The notes below the pieces were generated by a model. It did no database searches, was not told where the DNA came from, and saw only the letters and a list, made by a program, of their open reading frames with translations. A DNA stretch of 64,000 nucleotides from Eledone cirrhosa (taxonomy: Eukaryota), in the NCBI GenBank assembly GCA_964016885.1, contig OZ024751.1, positions 27,652,001-27,716,000 on the forward strand. The letters are read 5' to 3'. Both the position numbers and the translations under genes were made by a program. Shown here piece by piece: positions 53,427-64,000 of this stretch (position 1 is its first letter; each line of letters starts with the position of its first letter).

Positions 53427-54837
53427 TCATCATCATCATTTTACGCCCGCTTTTCCCTGCTTGCAAGGGTGGGACGGGTCCTATTCAGCACAACATCTCT
53501 CCACTCGTCACGGTCCTTCGTCATCTCCACCGTGAGCTTCAATGATCTGAGGTCTGTTCTCACCACCTCCGCCCATGTTTTTCGTGGTCTACCTCTACCA
53601 CGTCTGCCTTCAACTGGCATTTCCTGGCACTTCTTCATCCATCGGTCATCCTCCATGCGCATCACATGTCGATACCACTTCTGTCTCCTCTCCCATACAC
53701 TACATTCTATCCCTCTCAGACACAGTTTCTCTCTCAACACATTTATGCTGGGTCGTTCACGCACATCCAACGGAGCATGCCTCATTTCTCTCCAGCCGTC
53801 GCATATCCTCTGCAGTTGCTGCCCATGTTTCACTACCATGCAGCATCGCGCTCCTCACACAGGCATCATACAACCGGCCTTTCGTACGCAGGGAGAAACC
53901 CTTCTTCGTCAACAGAGGAAGCAGCTCCCTAAACTTCTTCCAACCCGTCCTTATTCTAGATACTATGGCCTTGGAACACCCTCCTCCCATGCTAATCTGA
54001 TCTCCTAGGTACCGGAAGCTATCCACCACTTCTATAGCGCCCTCCTGCATTTGAAAAATGTGTCTATCAATGCGACTTCTACTGTCTAATTTCCCTGTAC
54101 ATCTACTGCATACATATTTCTTCCTACCTGTTAGTTTGCCTGCTATCCTGCTACATCTCCTGTGTACCCAGGATCTGCATTGTGTGCATTTTATAGAATT
54201 TATGCCAGTTCCTTTTCTGCATATCGAACATGGCCATTTCCCTGACGGAATCAGGGTTTTGTCCTCTTTTCTACTCATCAACACTTTTGTCTTAGCTAGG
54301 TTCACTCTCAGTCCTCTTGCTTCCAACTGCTGTTTCCATAGCCAGAATTTATTCTCTAGCTCCTCTACTGATTCTGCTATAAGAACCAGATCCTCAGCAT
54401 AGAGAAGTTCCCATGGACAACCAGTCTTAAACTTCTCTGTTATGGCTTGGAGGACTATAATGAACAAGAGCGGGCTGAGGACCGACCCCTGATGTACTCC
54501 TACTTGTATCTGGAATTCCTCACTAAACTCCATTCCTACCCTGACTTTACTGAGAGTACCTCTGTACAAAGTTTGCACTGTCCTCACAAGCCATTCCTCA
54601 ACACCTAGCTTCCTTAGGGACCACCAGATGACAGATCGGGGTACCCTATCAAAGGCCTTCTCTAGGTCAACAAAGGCTAAGTATAGTGGCTTATTTTTCT
54701 CTAGAACCTCTCTTGCAATTGTCTCACCAAGAAGATGGCTTCTGTTGTACTCTTCCCAGGCACAAAACCAAACTGCATCTCGTCTAGTTTGACCCTTTCT
54801 CTAATTAGTTGCGCTAGTATTCTCTCTGCCACTTTCA
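53427..54837 (-). mobile_element. RTE LINE 3' part (RT with PHD-like insert, (GAT)n tail)
   Basis: VGVHQGSVLSPLLF, WELLYAEDL, FRYLGDQI, AMLHGSETW, RGRGRPRKTW; few disablements. Confidence 0.95.
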
Positions 54838-55237
54838 TTAACCCACTCGATATGCAAATTGGGCTTCTCGGCTGTTAATATGCATAAGGTAAGTATATAC
54901 GTTCAACAATCTGGCAGGAAGGTATACGCTGCTGACGATAGCTAATAAGCTTGAAACTAGTACAGCGGGATGTTTGTTTACAAACACACCGAGCATTATA
55001 ATAAATGTTCGGTGAATCCATACGTACATATATATATGTGTGCATGTATGTATATATATATACATACTACTGTACGTCTGTATACATATATGTATGTACG
55101 TGTACATACTTATATTTAAGTAACAGCCGTACTAAGAGTGGAAAATGAAATTTCGTTTCATTTTTTCCGTTTATATATGTATATATATATATGTATATAT
55201 ATATGTATATATATATATATATTTCCGTTTATATATG

Positions 55238-55290
<53 letters not shown>

Positions 55291-55672
55291 ATATATGTAT
55301 ATATATATATATTGTGCTACAATAAAACTCACCTCCTACATTATATATATATATATAGAGAGAGAGAGAGACGTGTTTACAGGTATTTATAAACGTGAAT
55401 AAAACGAATATAAACAAAGAAGCGGATTTTCTACAATAAACAGACGAAGCAGTGTTTTGTGTTAGAACCAAATACATTATCAGTATAGTATGGTAGCCAG
55501 TTCTATAAGGACGTAATGGTCAAAGTCTATAGAGTTTCAGTTAGTGTGTAGAGCACAACTGAACTAGGTAGGAAGTAGTGTGAACTAACAAGTTATGCCG
55601 TATGCAGAACCATATGTACTCTGAATATTCTATCATAAAACTATAGAGAGTTGTAGTTATAGTGTGTGCGTG

Positions 55673-55704
<32 letters not shown>

Positions 55705-55831
55705 TATATATATATATAAATTTAAAACAAACACTAGATACATATGAAAACGTTATCACAATTAAACAGAAGTAGACCGTGTCTCGTTTAAAACTCCTCT
55801 TTCAATAATTAACAACAATAATAACTCAGCG

Positions 55832-55866
55832 ATGTCTTCACTGAAAATCCTCACCTTAAATTGCTG
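55832..55866 (+). CDS. SMPD2: Neutral sphingomyelinase (SMPD2/nSMase1-like), coding exon 1
   Basis: ATG..MSSLKILTLNC-TG|GTAACT; the LxIxxLNCW motif is the N-terminal strand of SMPD2/ISC1-type EEP enzymes; phase-2 donor. Confidence 0.88.
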
Positions 55867-56028
55867 GTAACTATGTTTTATTCATTCATTCATTTATGCG
55901 AATTATTATAACTATTTCTTAATATTAACCTTCCACTGTGTCTATATTATAATACTTACACTCTACTTTCTTAAATATCGAGAACTAACCTTCATAATGG
56001 TCTTACTAGTTTAAAACTGGTAACTCAC

Positions 56029-56082
<54 letters not shown>

Positions 56083-56329
56083 ATTACTATATGTATATAT
56101 ATATATATATATATTATTATTACTATATGTATATATATATATATATATATTATTATTACTATATGTATATATATATGTATGTATGTATATATATGTATGT
56201 ATGTATATATATGTATGTATGTATATGTATGTATGTATATATATATATATGTATGTATGTATATATATATATGTATATGTCTATATATATAAGCAATAAT
56301 TATATATATTAATAATAAGCAATAATGAA

Positions 56330-56920
56330 GTTATGTTGATATTGTTGCTTAACCGAGTAAAATCTATAAAAAAAACTTGATCCAAGACGTTCCAGCTATG
56401 ACCATCCCGTATTTGTCTTCATTAGTGACTATATTGTTATATTACACGTTGACTTTTAATTTTTAACCACGATAGTGCGAATTGAGGAACATTTAATTAT
56501 TATTTCTAGCGGATTGAGTGAAGTAGAGGCTTCTTGGTCAGTCGTTGTTGTGTATGTTGTTTAACCCCAGGTCAGTCGCTGATGAAAGGCATTCCAGCAG
56601 TGACCATCCCGTCTATTTTTTGTATTGTTTAGACAGTGTATCTAGAACAGCTTTATCCAACATGTCTGTCTTACATTCATTTTAAGTACAGTAGGGTGTG
56701 AGGTGAGAGAATTTCGGCTGCTATTTCTAGCAGGTTGAACGGCGTCGAATCTCCCGTCAGCCATTGTTAGGGGTGTTGTTTAGCTCCAGATCAACGCCTA
56801 TCCCGTTTATCATTGTTTATTTTGCTATCTCTTAGATATAGCGTATCTAATTTCCTTCCATGTCTTCATTTTAAATACTGTATGGTGTGATATAAGGGAG
56901 GTTAGGTTGTTATATTTACG
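56330..56920. repeat. Three diverged tandem copies of a ~200-bp interspersed repeat
   Basis: Shared TTCCAGC..TGACCATCCCGT and GCTGCTATTTCTAGCAG; other copies near 8520-8715, 20905-21000 and 59530-59600. Confidence 0.65.
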
Positions 56921-57686
56921 AGTATGATCAATCACGTAAGGGGCATGTTTTTAACGTAAATATATTTACTATCTGATCAGAGATTTTTAGGATTTTATTC
57001 CGTTCGGTTACAGAAGCAGTGATCCTCACATTTATCGCAGGATCTCGGTTGTGGGAAAGAGCAAAAGAGTCGCTTATTGTGGTGTAACAAATGAGACATC
57101 TACTTCTTACCCAAAGACAAAAGTTAAGACTATCTGGTCTCTTCCCATCAACCCTAGACAATCCAGCCTGCTCCAGAATTAGGGGGATATTTACTCGTTT
57201 TGTAATTAAGTTTAGCTTGCTATGGCAAGCGAAACGACCAGCATTCAGGTGGCATATTGACAAACTAATTTTTCTAACCTGGAGGAGCTGGGTCGTTGAC
57301 AACAAAGTTATGAGAGAGAGGAGCCCTACCCCTTGTGGTGTATGACGGATTGACACTGTTGTTAACTTAATATTTTCTTTCGTTTTGATTGTATATTTTA
57401 GGTGAAATATCTCTGTAATTAACTGAGATAAATGTTGTTTTTTTTTAAATACAGGTATAAATACAATTTATATAATGAATATGATTTACAAAATATAAAT
57501 AACGAATTAAGATAAATAGAAAGAGAAAAAAATAAAAGGGAAACGAAAAAAGAAAGAAAAAACACACACAAGCAGGTAATACACATATCTAGGACCACAT
57601 ACAACAAAAGGTAGGCGAAAGGGGTGGACAAACGAACCACTGCCAGAACAAAAGATAACAATATCGCTAGAAGAACTGGGAAACCT

Positions 57687-59390
57687 CTAATAATTTTTGA
57701 GGCAAGCCAGCAGTCTCACAGCGTTACCTCGGGTGATGGCAAGGCTAATGCATTGGAATAGCCAAGAGCCCTCACGAGCATCACTAGTTACCTCTGTTAG
57801 GCAAGCCTCCAGTGAAGATAAGAACCTTGCAGTCAGCAGCCCGACTCCCCCAAACATCTTGAACACCACAGGCTGCAAAATGTAGGTAGCCAACAGATCA
57901 CAGTATTTTAGGATTTTGTTCCATTTGGTTGCAGAAGCTGTAACTCTCGCCCTTACCGCAGCATCCAAGATGTGGGAAGAAGCAAAAGAGTCACTAACTG
58001 TGATGTCCCAGATACGACACCTGCCTGTTAACCAGGGTCACAGGGGAAGACCATCGGGTCTTTTCCCATCAATTCTGGACAACCCAGACAGTTCCTAAAT
58101 TGAGGGCATGTTTGCCAGGACCAAAGCTCTCTTGATGATGAGGTTTAGCTCAGTGTGATGCACGAAGCGATCGGCATTCAGATGGCAAGGAAGACTGTGA
58201 AGGCCTGTGGAGTCGAGGATCTTACCACAATGACATTTCATACCTGTACAGATGTCGGCTCCCTCTCTGAGGGCAATGGAGACACAAAGCTCATCCAAGC
58301 TGAGTAGGCCACCAACGTTAGTCATAGGTAGGGCATCAACCCAGTCACCTGAGTATTTGACGGTAGGAGACAGTAAGTGGCACCTTGAGAACTGATCTGA
58401 TTAGTTGAAGAGAGAGTCAAAAGTGGCCTTCAAATGTATGCTGTTCCAAGCTCCCTGACTCCGTTTGTCCAACACCTTGTCAGGAACAGACAAGCCCAAC
58501 TCTCTGTTGGAACTAGTCCATGTTGGAGAAGAGAGGATGTTGCTCACCAGGTTGGAGCAAGCGTGGGTGGAGGAAAGGGAGCAAGGGAGAGAGAGGGACG
58601 AATATTTACGTAGACCAAGGCTACCAAATCGCTTGGATAACGCAGCCTGATCTCGGGACTCTGGAGGGAGTCTGACATTGAGCAAGCACTTGAGTCTCTC
58701 GAAGATTAGATCGTCAAAGCGCTGGAGACATCACGAAAACCTGTGAGAAGAGCTAACCCTGAGCATATATAGAAGCTTAGGAGTCGAAAGGTAGTTTCTG
58801 AGTATGAAAAAACCTTGATGGGACTCGATTGCCTCAATGTTCTTCAATAATTGCTCAAGGCCAACCATCTTTGATTGGAATGTTGACTCGAAGGCAAGAT
58901 CTGTAATTAGGGCTCCTAAGGAGCACCAAGTCAACGAGGAAGGGACCGCAATTGAAGGGATGGACTCTGTAAACAGGTCGATTGTCTGTTGGTGTTGAGA
59001 ATCTAGAGCTCACATTTGGAGCTATTGACCTGGACACACCGACGGCCAAATTCTTCAGTCATTTTGTTAGCAGGGGTGAGAACCCTATCCGGAGGTCCCC
59101 CCAAACAAGCGTCATCAAGATACCAAACGTTGAGGTCCATATCAACCTCATCTTGGTGATGTAATCAATGCCTAGTGCAAACAGAGCGGGTTTGAGTGGG
59201 TCATCCTGTTGAACTCCTGAGGCAGTGATGATGATTTGATCACCAAAACAGAGGTAGGAGGGCTCGCGATAAGCCTGCCAAGCAAAGTGGTAGAGTTGTG
59301 GGACCCTCTCTCTTATTGAGCTGAAGACAACATTGCGGCTGACAGAGTTGAAGTTGTTCTTGATGTCAAGTTTGAGGATGACCCTGGGGG
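57687..59390 (-). mobile_element. CRE-clade non-LTR retrotransposon remnant (RT + restriction-like endonuclease) in SMPD2 intron 1
   Basis: LKLDIKNNFNSVSR, SGVQQDDPLKPALF (RT); CHCG..GLHSLPC..HHTELN and GKRPDG..W..G..IWD.TV (RLE); related fragments at 56940-57260 (-) and 61940-62110 (+). Confidence 0.8.
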
Positions 59391-60302
59391 CATGGAGAGC
59401 ACAATCAGGTGGTGAGCTGGCAGGGTCCAGTCCAACGGTAGAAGGCCAACATTGGAATTCAGACGAAGGAGTAAACAAGTAAATGACATTGATAAGATAA
59501 GACACAAGATTGCACATCTTTATCTAAAAATTGTTTTTTTTAATATGACAGTTTGATTTGAAGAGTTTGACTGCTATTTCAAGCAGGTAGTGTCTGCCTC
59601 TATGATTTCTTCATTTTGGTCTTCTTGATGGAGTTGTAGGGATGCTGTTCGGATATCATGGCCTCTCTGACATTTCAAACCTAACACCGTCCATCCCTCT
59701 CCAACCTTTCGCCTACCATATAATAAAACGTGATATTTTTTTCAACATTCCTATAATATAATCAGTATTGTTGTTATACACAGGTCATGTACTATCTGTT
59801 AATAAATGATTTAAAATATTCTATTTTGCCTATTTTATTCCTGAGGCAGTTATGAAGGAAGAATCATCAAACACTCCTTCCAGAGAGTCCTGTCAGAAAC
59901 AACCATCTCCAACTGATCTGGCTGGCTCCTCAAGTGAGACTAGCTGAGCTCATAGATGTTATCCAACCATCTTGCTCGGAGTCTATTCATGATTAGTTTT
60001 TGCCTGTAAAATCTCTCCAGTGATTCTTTCCTGAGACATTCTAACCACATGTTCATGATATCAGAGCTGTGATCTCTCAATTCAGAGAAGTAGCAGCTCT
60101 TCCTGGAGTGACTCTCTGATTTATGAGTTACACACTCTATCAAGGTAACATTACTCCAAAGATCAGGAGAAGTAGGGGCTCTACCTGGAGTGACTCTGAG
60201 TTACACACTCTATCAAGTAACATTATTCCAAAGACCTGAGGAACCCCGTTTCGACTGCTTGTATTAATTAGTTAATTACTTTGACTATTATCTAGTATTT
60301 AA

Positions 60303-60518
60303 CTCTTAACATTCTCTAATGATTTAGCAGAAAATATCTAAAAACACAGGACTGTTAATTCAGATGTTTATAATATCTTTTATATTTAACAAATTTTTGC
60401 GGAAATTTGCAATAAACTTTTAATGCTATGGTGTCACAGTGCTGTTTTTTACTTTTCAAGAAAGTCTTCATAATGTTTTTTTTTTTTTTTTTTTCCCTGT
60501 GGTACAGGATGTTAAGAG
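60303..60518. mobile_element. TTAA-flanked MITE (piggyBac-like)
   Basis: TTAA-CTCTTAACATTCT ... AGGATGTTAAGAG-TTAA. Confidence 0.6.
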
Positions 60519-61101
60519 TTAAATAAAATTAGACATTTTTTCTAGTCAAAATTATGACTTTTTACCTGTAACTATTTCTGTTCATCCATTAACTCAGTTG
60601 CTAACTGAATAATAACGGGGGAAAAGTTCAGAGAGTTACCTCCAACCTCTGCTGGCAACAATAGGAGATAGCTGGGGAGAATGGAATTGAGCAATCTGCA
60701 TTGGATGTGTAATGTTAAGTGTACATGAATGATGAAGTAAAATGTGGTGAAAGAAAAACTGGGGGGTATAAGAGGAATCAGATGCAGTTTGCAAGAGAGA
60801 AGACTGCACTGGTATAGACAAAAGTTCCAAGTGGAAGGAAACTGGAAGAGGAAGACAAGAACAAGTGGTAAAAATTGATCTCAGGATGCTGACTATCACA
60901 AAAGAGATGATATAAAAAAATGACGAGTGGAGAGTTACTGTACCAGAGAGGACTCATCTAACTTGTACAGGCATGGAAAAGTGGTTGATGAGGATTTCGA
61001 CAAGTAAAGGAGTACTGTCCTTCCTTCCTGACTAAACAGTTCAAAAAAAGAAAATAATAATTTGACCTTAATTTTTTTCTATTTTTGATTTTATTTTCCA
61101 G

Positions 61102-61204
61102 GGGCATTCCTCTCCCATGCATATGTAAAGACCAAAATTTTAGGATTAAATCACTTGCCAAGGCCCTGTCAGAAAGTGAATATGACATAATTCTTCTCCA
61201 GGAG
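61102..61204 (+). CDS. SMPD2: Neutral sphingomyelinase (SMPD2-like), coding exon 2
   Basis: TTTTCCAG|G completes W, then GIPLPCICKDQNFRIKSLAKALSESEYDIILLQE|GTATTT; DxxxLQE is the Mg-binding EEP motif. Confidence 0.92.
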
Positions 61205-62310
61205 GTATTTTTTAACACTTGTATTTATTACTTTACTATTTCTGTGTTAGTTTACATATTATATAACATATACTGTATAATAAATTAAGATTAAATAATT
61301 ATTAATTATGGATTATTACTTATTATATGTTGGATTAAGGTGGGATAATTGTTAGTTATTGAATATTACACTTTTTATTTGAAGGTTTATGATTCAGATT
61401 TCACTCATGATCACATTTGCCTTGTCTCTTGGGCTAACACCTAGGTATTTAGTGCCCTAGTCCACACCTACATTCTCCCAAATAAAATAATTTCAACTTA
61501 CAGTATGTTAAGTTGACAAACCTAGCTTTTCATACATCTTGCTCTGACCACTCCAATTGCTAAGCCTGCATTTTCCACTATACAGTCCACACCTACATTA
61601 AATCATGTTGCAGGTCATAAATAACCCTCTCTACCATTTTAAATATTTCCATATTGTAGCTTGGTAGCAATAATGTTTAGTGGTTTATTTATTGATTGTA
61701 GAAAATTATTTAATCTAATTATGCAAATTTGTATAAAACTGTGTTCCTTTAAGGTTCTGTAATGTATGTACCTTAGACGACTGTCTAGTTGGCCTTAATG
61801 GTAGTGTCAGCCCTGTTTGTTTGTCTTAGCCACCACACTCTTCTATTTCCTCTCTTGAATTCACATTACAACAAAATAAACTCTCTAATGCAAGTGCTAC
61901 AATAAATGGCACTCACTACACTCTGTAAACTTCGATGGATTCCTGGAGGAGCTGGGCTGTTGACAACGGAGTTTGTGTCATTGTTGGTAACTCACTTTAC
62001 CAATGTATTAGGTGATTCCTACAAAGGGGCTTGGTTATTTCAGCATCTTAGCCTTGCTCTCATCTGCGACAATGCTGCAAGTATATTGGCTTGCCTCAAA
62101 CATTATTAGAAGGAAATCCCAGTGCCCTTTATTGTGACGTCTGATATAAAGTTCAGATCTTCTCACAGGTTTTTTACTTCTTTTATTAGTTTCCTATTTT
62201 TATCTTTTTTTCCCTACTAATATATAGTATAAATACCTCCTCTGAATACACAACACTTGTCTGACAAACTAGGGAAATAACTGTAATTTATACAAGGAAT
62301 TCTAGTTTAA

Positions 62311-62871
62311 CCCTTTCATTACTCTATGACAAACTAGGGAAATATTTTATTTTCTGTTTCTTTTGTAATTTATACATCCATTCTTTCAAGGAATTTGAGT
62401 TTGACCTTTTCATAACCCTATTTACAATGAAATACACTGTGCTTGAATTAATGAAGAATTTGGAGAGTTTAGTGTATTGGCAGTATCGGTAGAGGGTCGG
62501 ACGCCATGCTTTCCAGCATAGTTACGTCCCTTTACTATCTGAGTTCAAATCCCGCCGAGGTTGACTTTGCCTTTCATCTTTACGGGGTCGATAAAATAAA
62601 GTACCAGTAATACACTGGGTAATTGCTGGCCTTGTATCTAAAGTAGAAACAATTATTAAGATATTTGTAACATAAAATGTTCTTATATCAAATTATGTTG
62701 CAAGTTATTAATTTAATTAGAAAATTATAAAAATAGGTTGTTTTGTTTAATAGAACCAGAATTGGTGTTGGGCTGGTTGGTATCAAAAGGGTTAAATAGG
62801 AACCCTTGAAAATTGATAGCTTTGTTTCAGAGAAGCAGTGTGGGGTTTAGACAGGATTAGTATCAAAAGGG
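62311..62871. mobile_element. piggyBac-like non-autonomous element with nested SINE
   Basis: TTAA-CCCTTT left end; AAAAGGG-TTAA right ends at 62791 and 62871. Confidence 0.5.
62472..62657 (+). mobile_element. tRNA-derived SINE
   Basis: Same family as 32743-33139. Confidence 0.88.
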
Positions 62872-62895
62872 TTAAAGTGTTTTTGTTTCTTGTAG

Positions 62896-62972
62896 ATTTG
62901 GCTGATTGCTGACTTCCAACTTATACAGTCAATGATTTCAAATAAGCTACCGCATTCTCATTATTTCTACAG
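62896..62972 (+). CDS. SMPD2: Neutral sphingomyelinase (SMPD2-like), coding exon 3 (gene continues beyond the window)
   Basis: TTTCTTGTAG|IWLIADFQLIQSMISNKLPHSHYFY-AG|GTAAGG; continues LQE-(I/V)W..D and P.SHYF.S as in nSMase1 orthologues; frame consistent with exon 2. Confidence 0.92.
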
Positions 62973-63529
62973 GTAAGGAAACAACTATCTTTTGTTATTT
63001 TGCTGTTTGTTTTACAGTTTATACCTGCAGTAACCAAATGAACAACATCTCTTCAACAGCAGGCATAGCAAAAATATTGTTTATATTTTCAGCACCTGTC
63101 AGATGACAACATATTTAATAACTATTACATAATGACATTTGAAATGTGTACAATAGGTGCTATGTAAAGCAATAAACAGAAGTGTAAAATGTAAACCTGT
63201 CTCTTCTTCTTACATGATACACACACACACATACACATAATATAAATATATATATATAAATATAACAATATGGCATCTTAATAAATGTAAACAAATGTTT
63301 TGACCATGAATTGTTGGTCTGTGTAGTGAAACAATATGATTGATTTTCGTTGCCTTCTTTTTACCTCTTCAGTCCTTCTCCATTCCTCGAAAGTGAAACA
63401 ACCAAAATGAATTGCTCTTCGCCAGGTTGGATGGTTGTTAGATTTCGCAGTTGTTAGGGCTGATTCCAGCTTGAAGGAAGACATCAGTTGATCTTTGAAT
63501 CTGCATTTTGGGGCTACACAATAACGTTT

Positions 63530-64000
63530 CATCATCATCATCATTTTACGTCCGCTTTTCCCTGCTTGCAAGAGTGGGACGGGTCCTATTCAGCACAGCA
63601 TCTCTCCAGTTGTCACGGTCCTTCGTCATCTCCTCAGTGAGTTTCAATGATCTGAGGTCTGCTCTCGCCACCTCTTCCCATGTTTTTCGTGGTCTTCCTC
63701 TACTGCGTCTTCCTTCTACTGGGATTTCTTGGCACTTCTTTACTCAGCGGTCATCCTCCATGCGCATCACATGTCCATACCATCTCAGTCTTCTCTCCTG
63801 CACACCAAAACTTATCCCTCTTATACACAGTTTCTTTCTCAACTCATCTATGCTTGGTCATTCATGCACATTCACATTGCACATCCAACGGAGCATGCTT
63901 GCTTCATTTCTCTCCAGCCGTTGCATATCCTCTGCAGTTGCTTCCCATGTCTCACTACCATGCAGCATCGCGTATCTCACACAGACATCATATAACCATC
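63530..64000 (-). mobile_element. RTE LINE 3' end (runs off the window)
   Basis: Highly similar to 53427-53870, including the (CAT)n tail on the + strand. Confidence 0.92.

Noticed and set aside
53469-54008. Plus-strand ORFs overlapping RTE copies (also 2394-2990, 3183-3746, 63729-63995)
   Set aside because: Antisense frames of LINE reverse-transcriptase sequence.
56575-56610. CTGATGAAAGGC as a hammerhead start (also CTGACGA in the transposase near 34055 and CTGATGA at 43521 and 45563)
   Set aside because: No stem II/GAAA/NUH follows; these are chance matches inside other elements.

Overview
Eukaryotic, very AT-rich, repeat-dominated genomic DNA. The SINE/LINE families (CORE-SINEs and tRNA-SINEs with RTE-type (GAT)n tails) and the huge (TA)n tracts suggest a cephalopod (Octopus-like) genome; this is inferred, not proven. 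There are two host genes, both on the + strand. One is a single-exon, roughly 761-aa low-complexity orphan ORF (45636-47921). The other is the first three coding exons of a neutral sphingomyelinase (SMPD2/nSMase1-like; 55832-55866, 61102-61204, 62896-62972), which the ORF track does not assemble. The rest is transposon debris (many RTE LINEs, a Tx1 LINE, CRE LINEs, Penelope-like fragments, a DD37D maT transposase, Helitrons, MITEs, SINEs), micro/minisatellites, a 3.1-kb 29-bp satellite and a 200-N gap. Most ORFs in the track are microsatellite artefacts. The most interesting signal is a set of six recognisable minimal hammerhead-ribozyme folds plus several degenerate or half copies. Most have a palindromic stem III and an A-rich, poly(A)-signal-like motif just downstream of the cleavage site. 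Several sit in fold-back elements whose 3' end is duplicated in inverted orientation, often beside (TA)n. All folds were paired by eye and none was tested.
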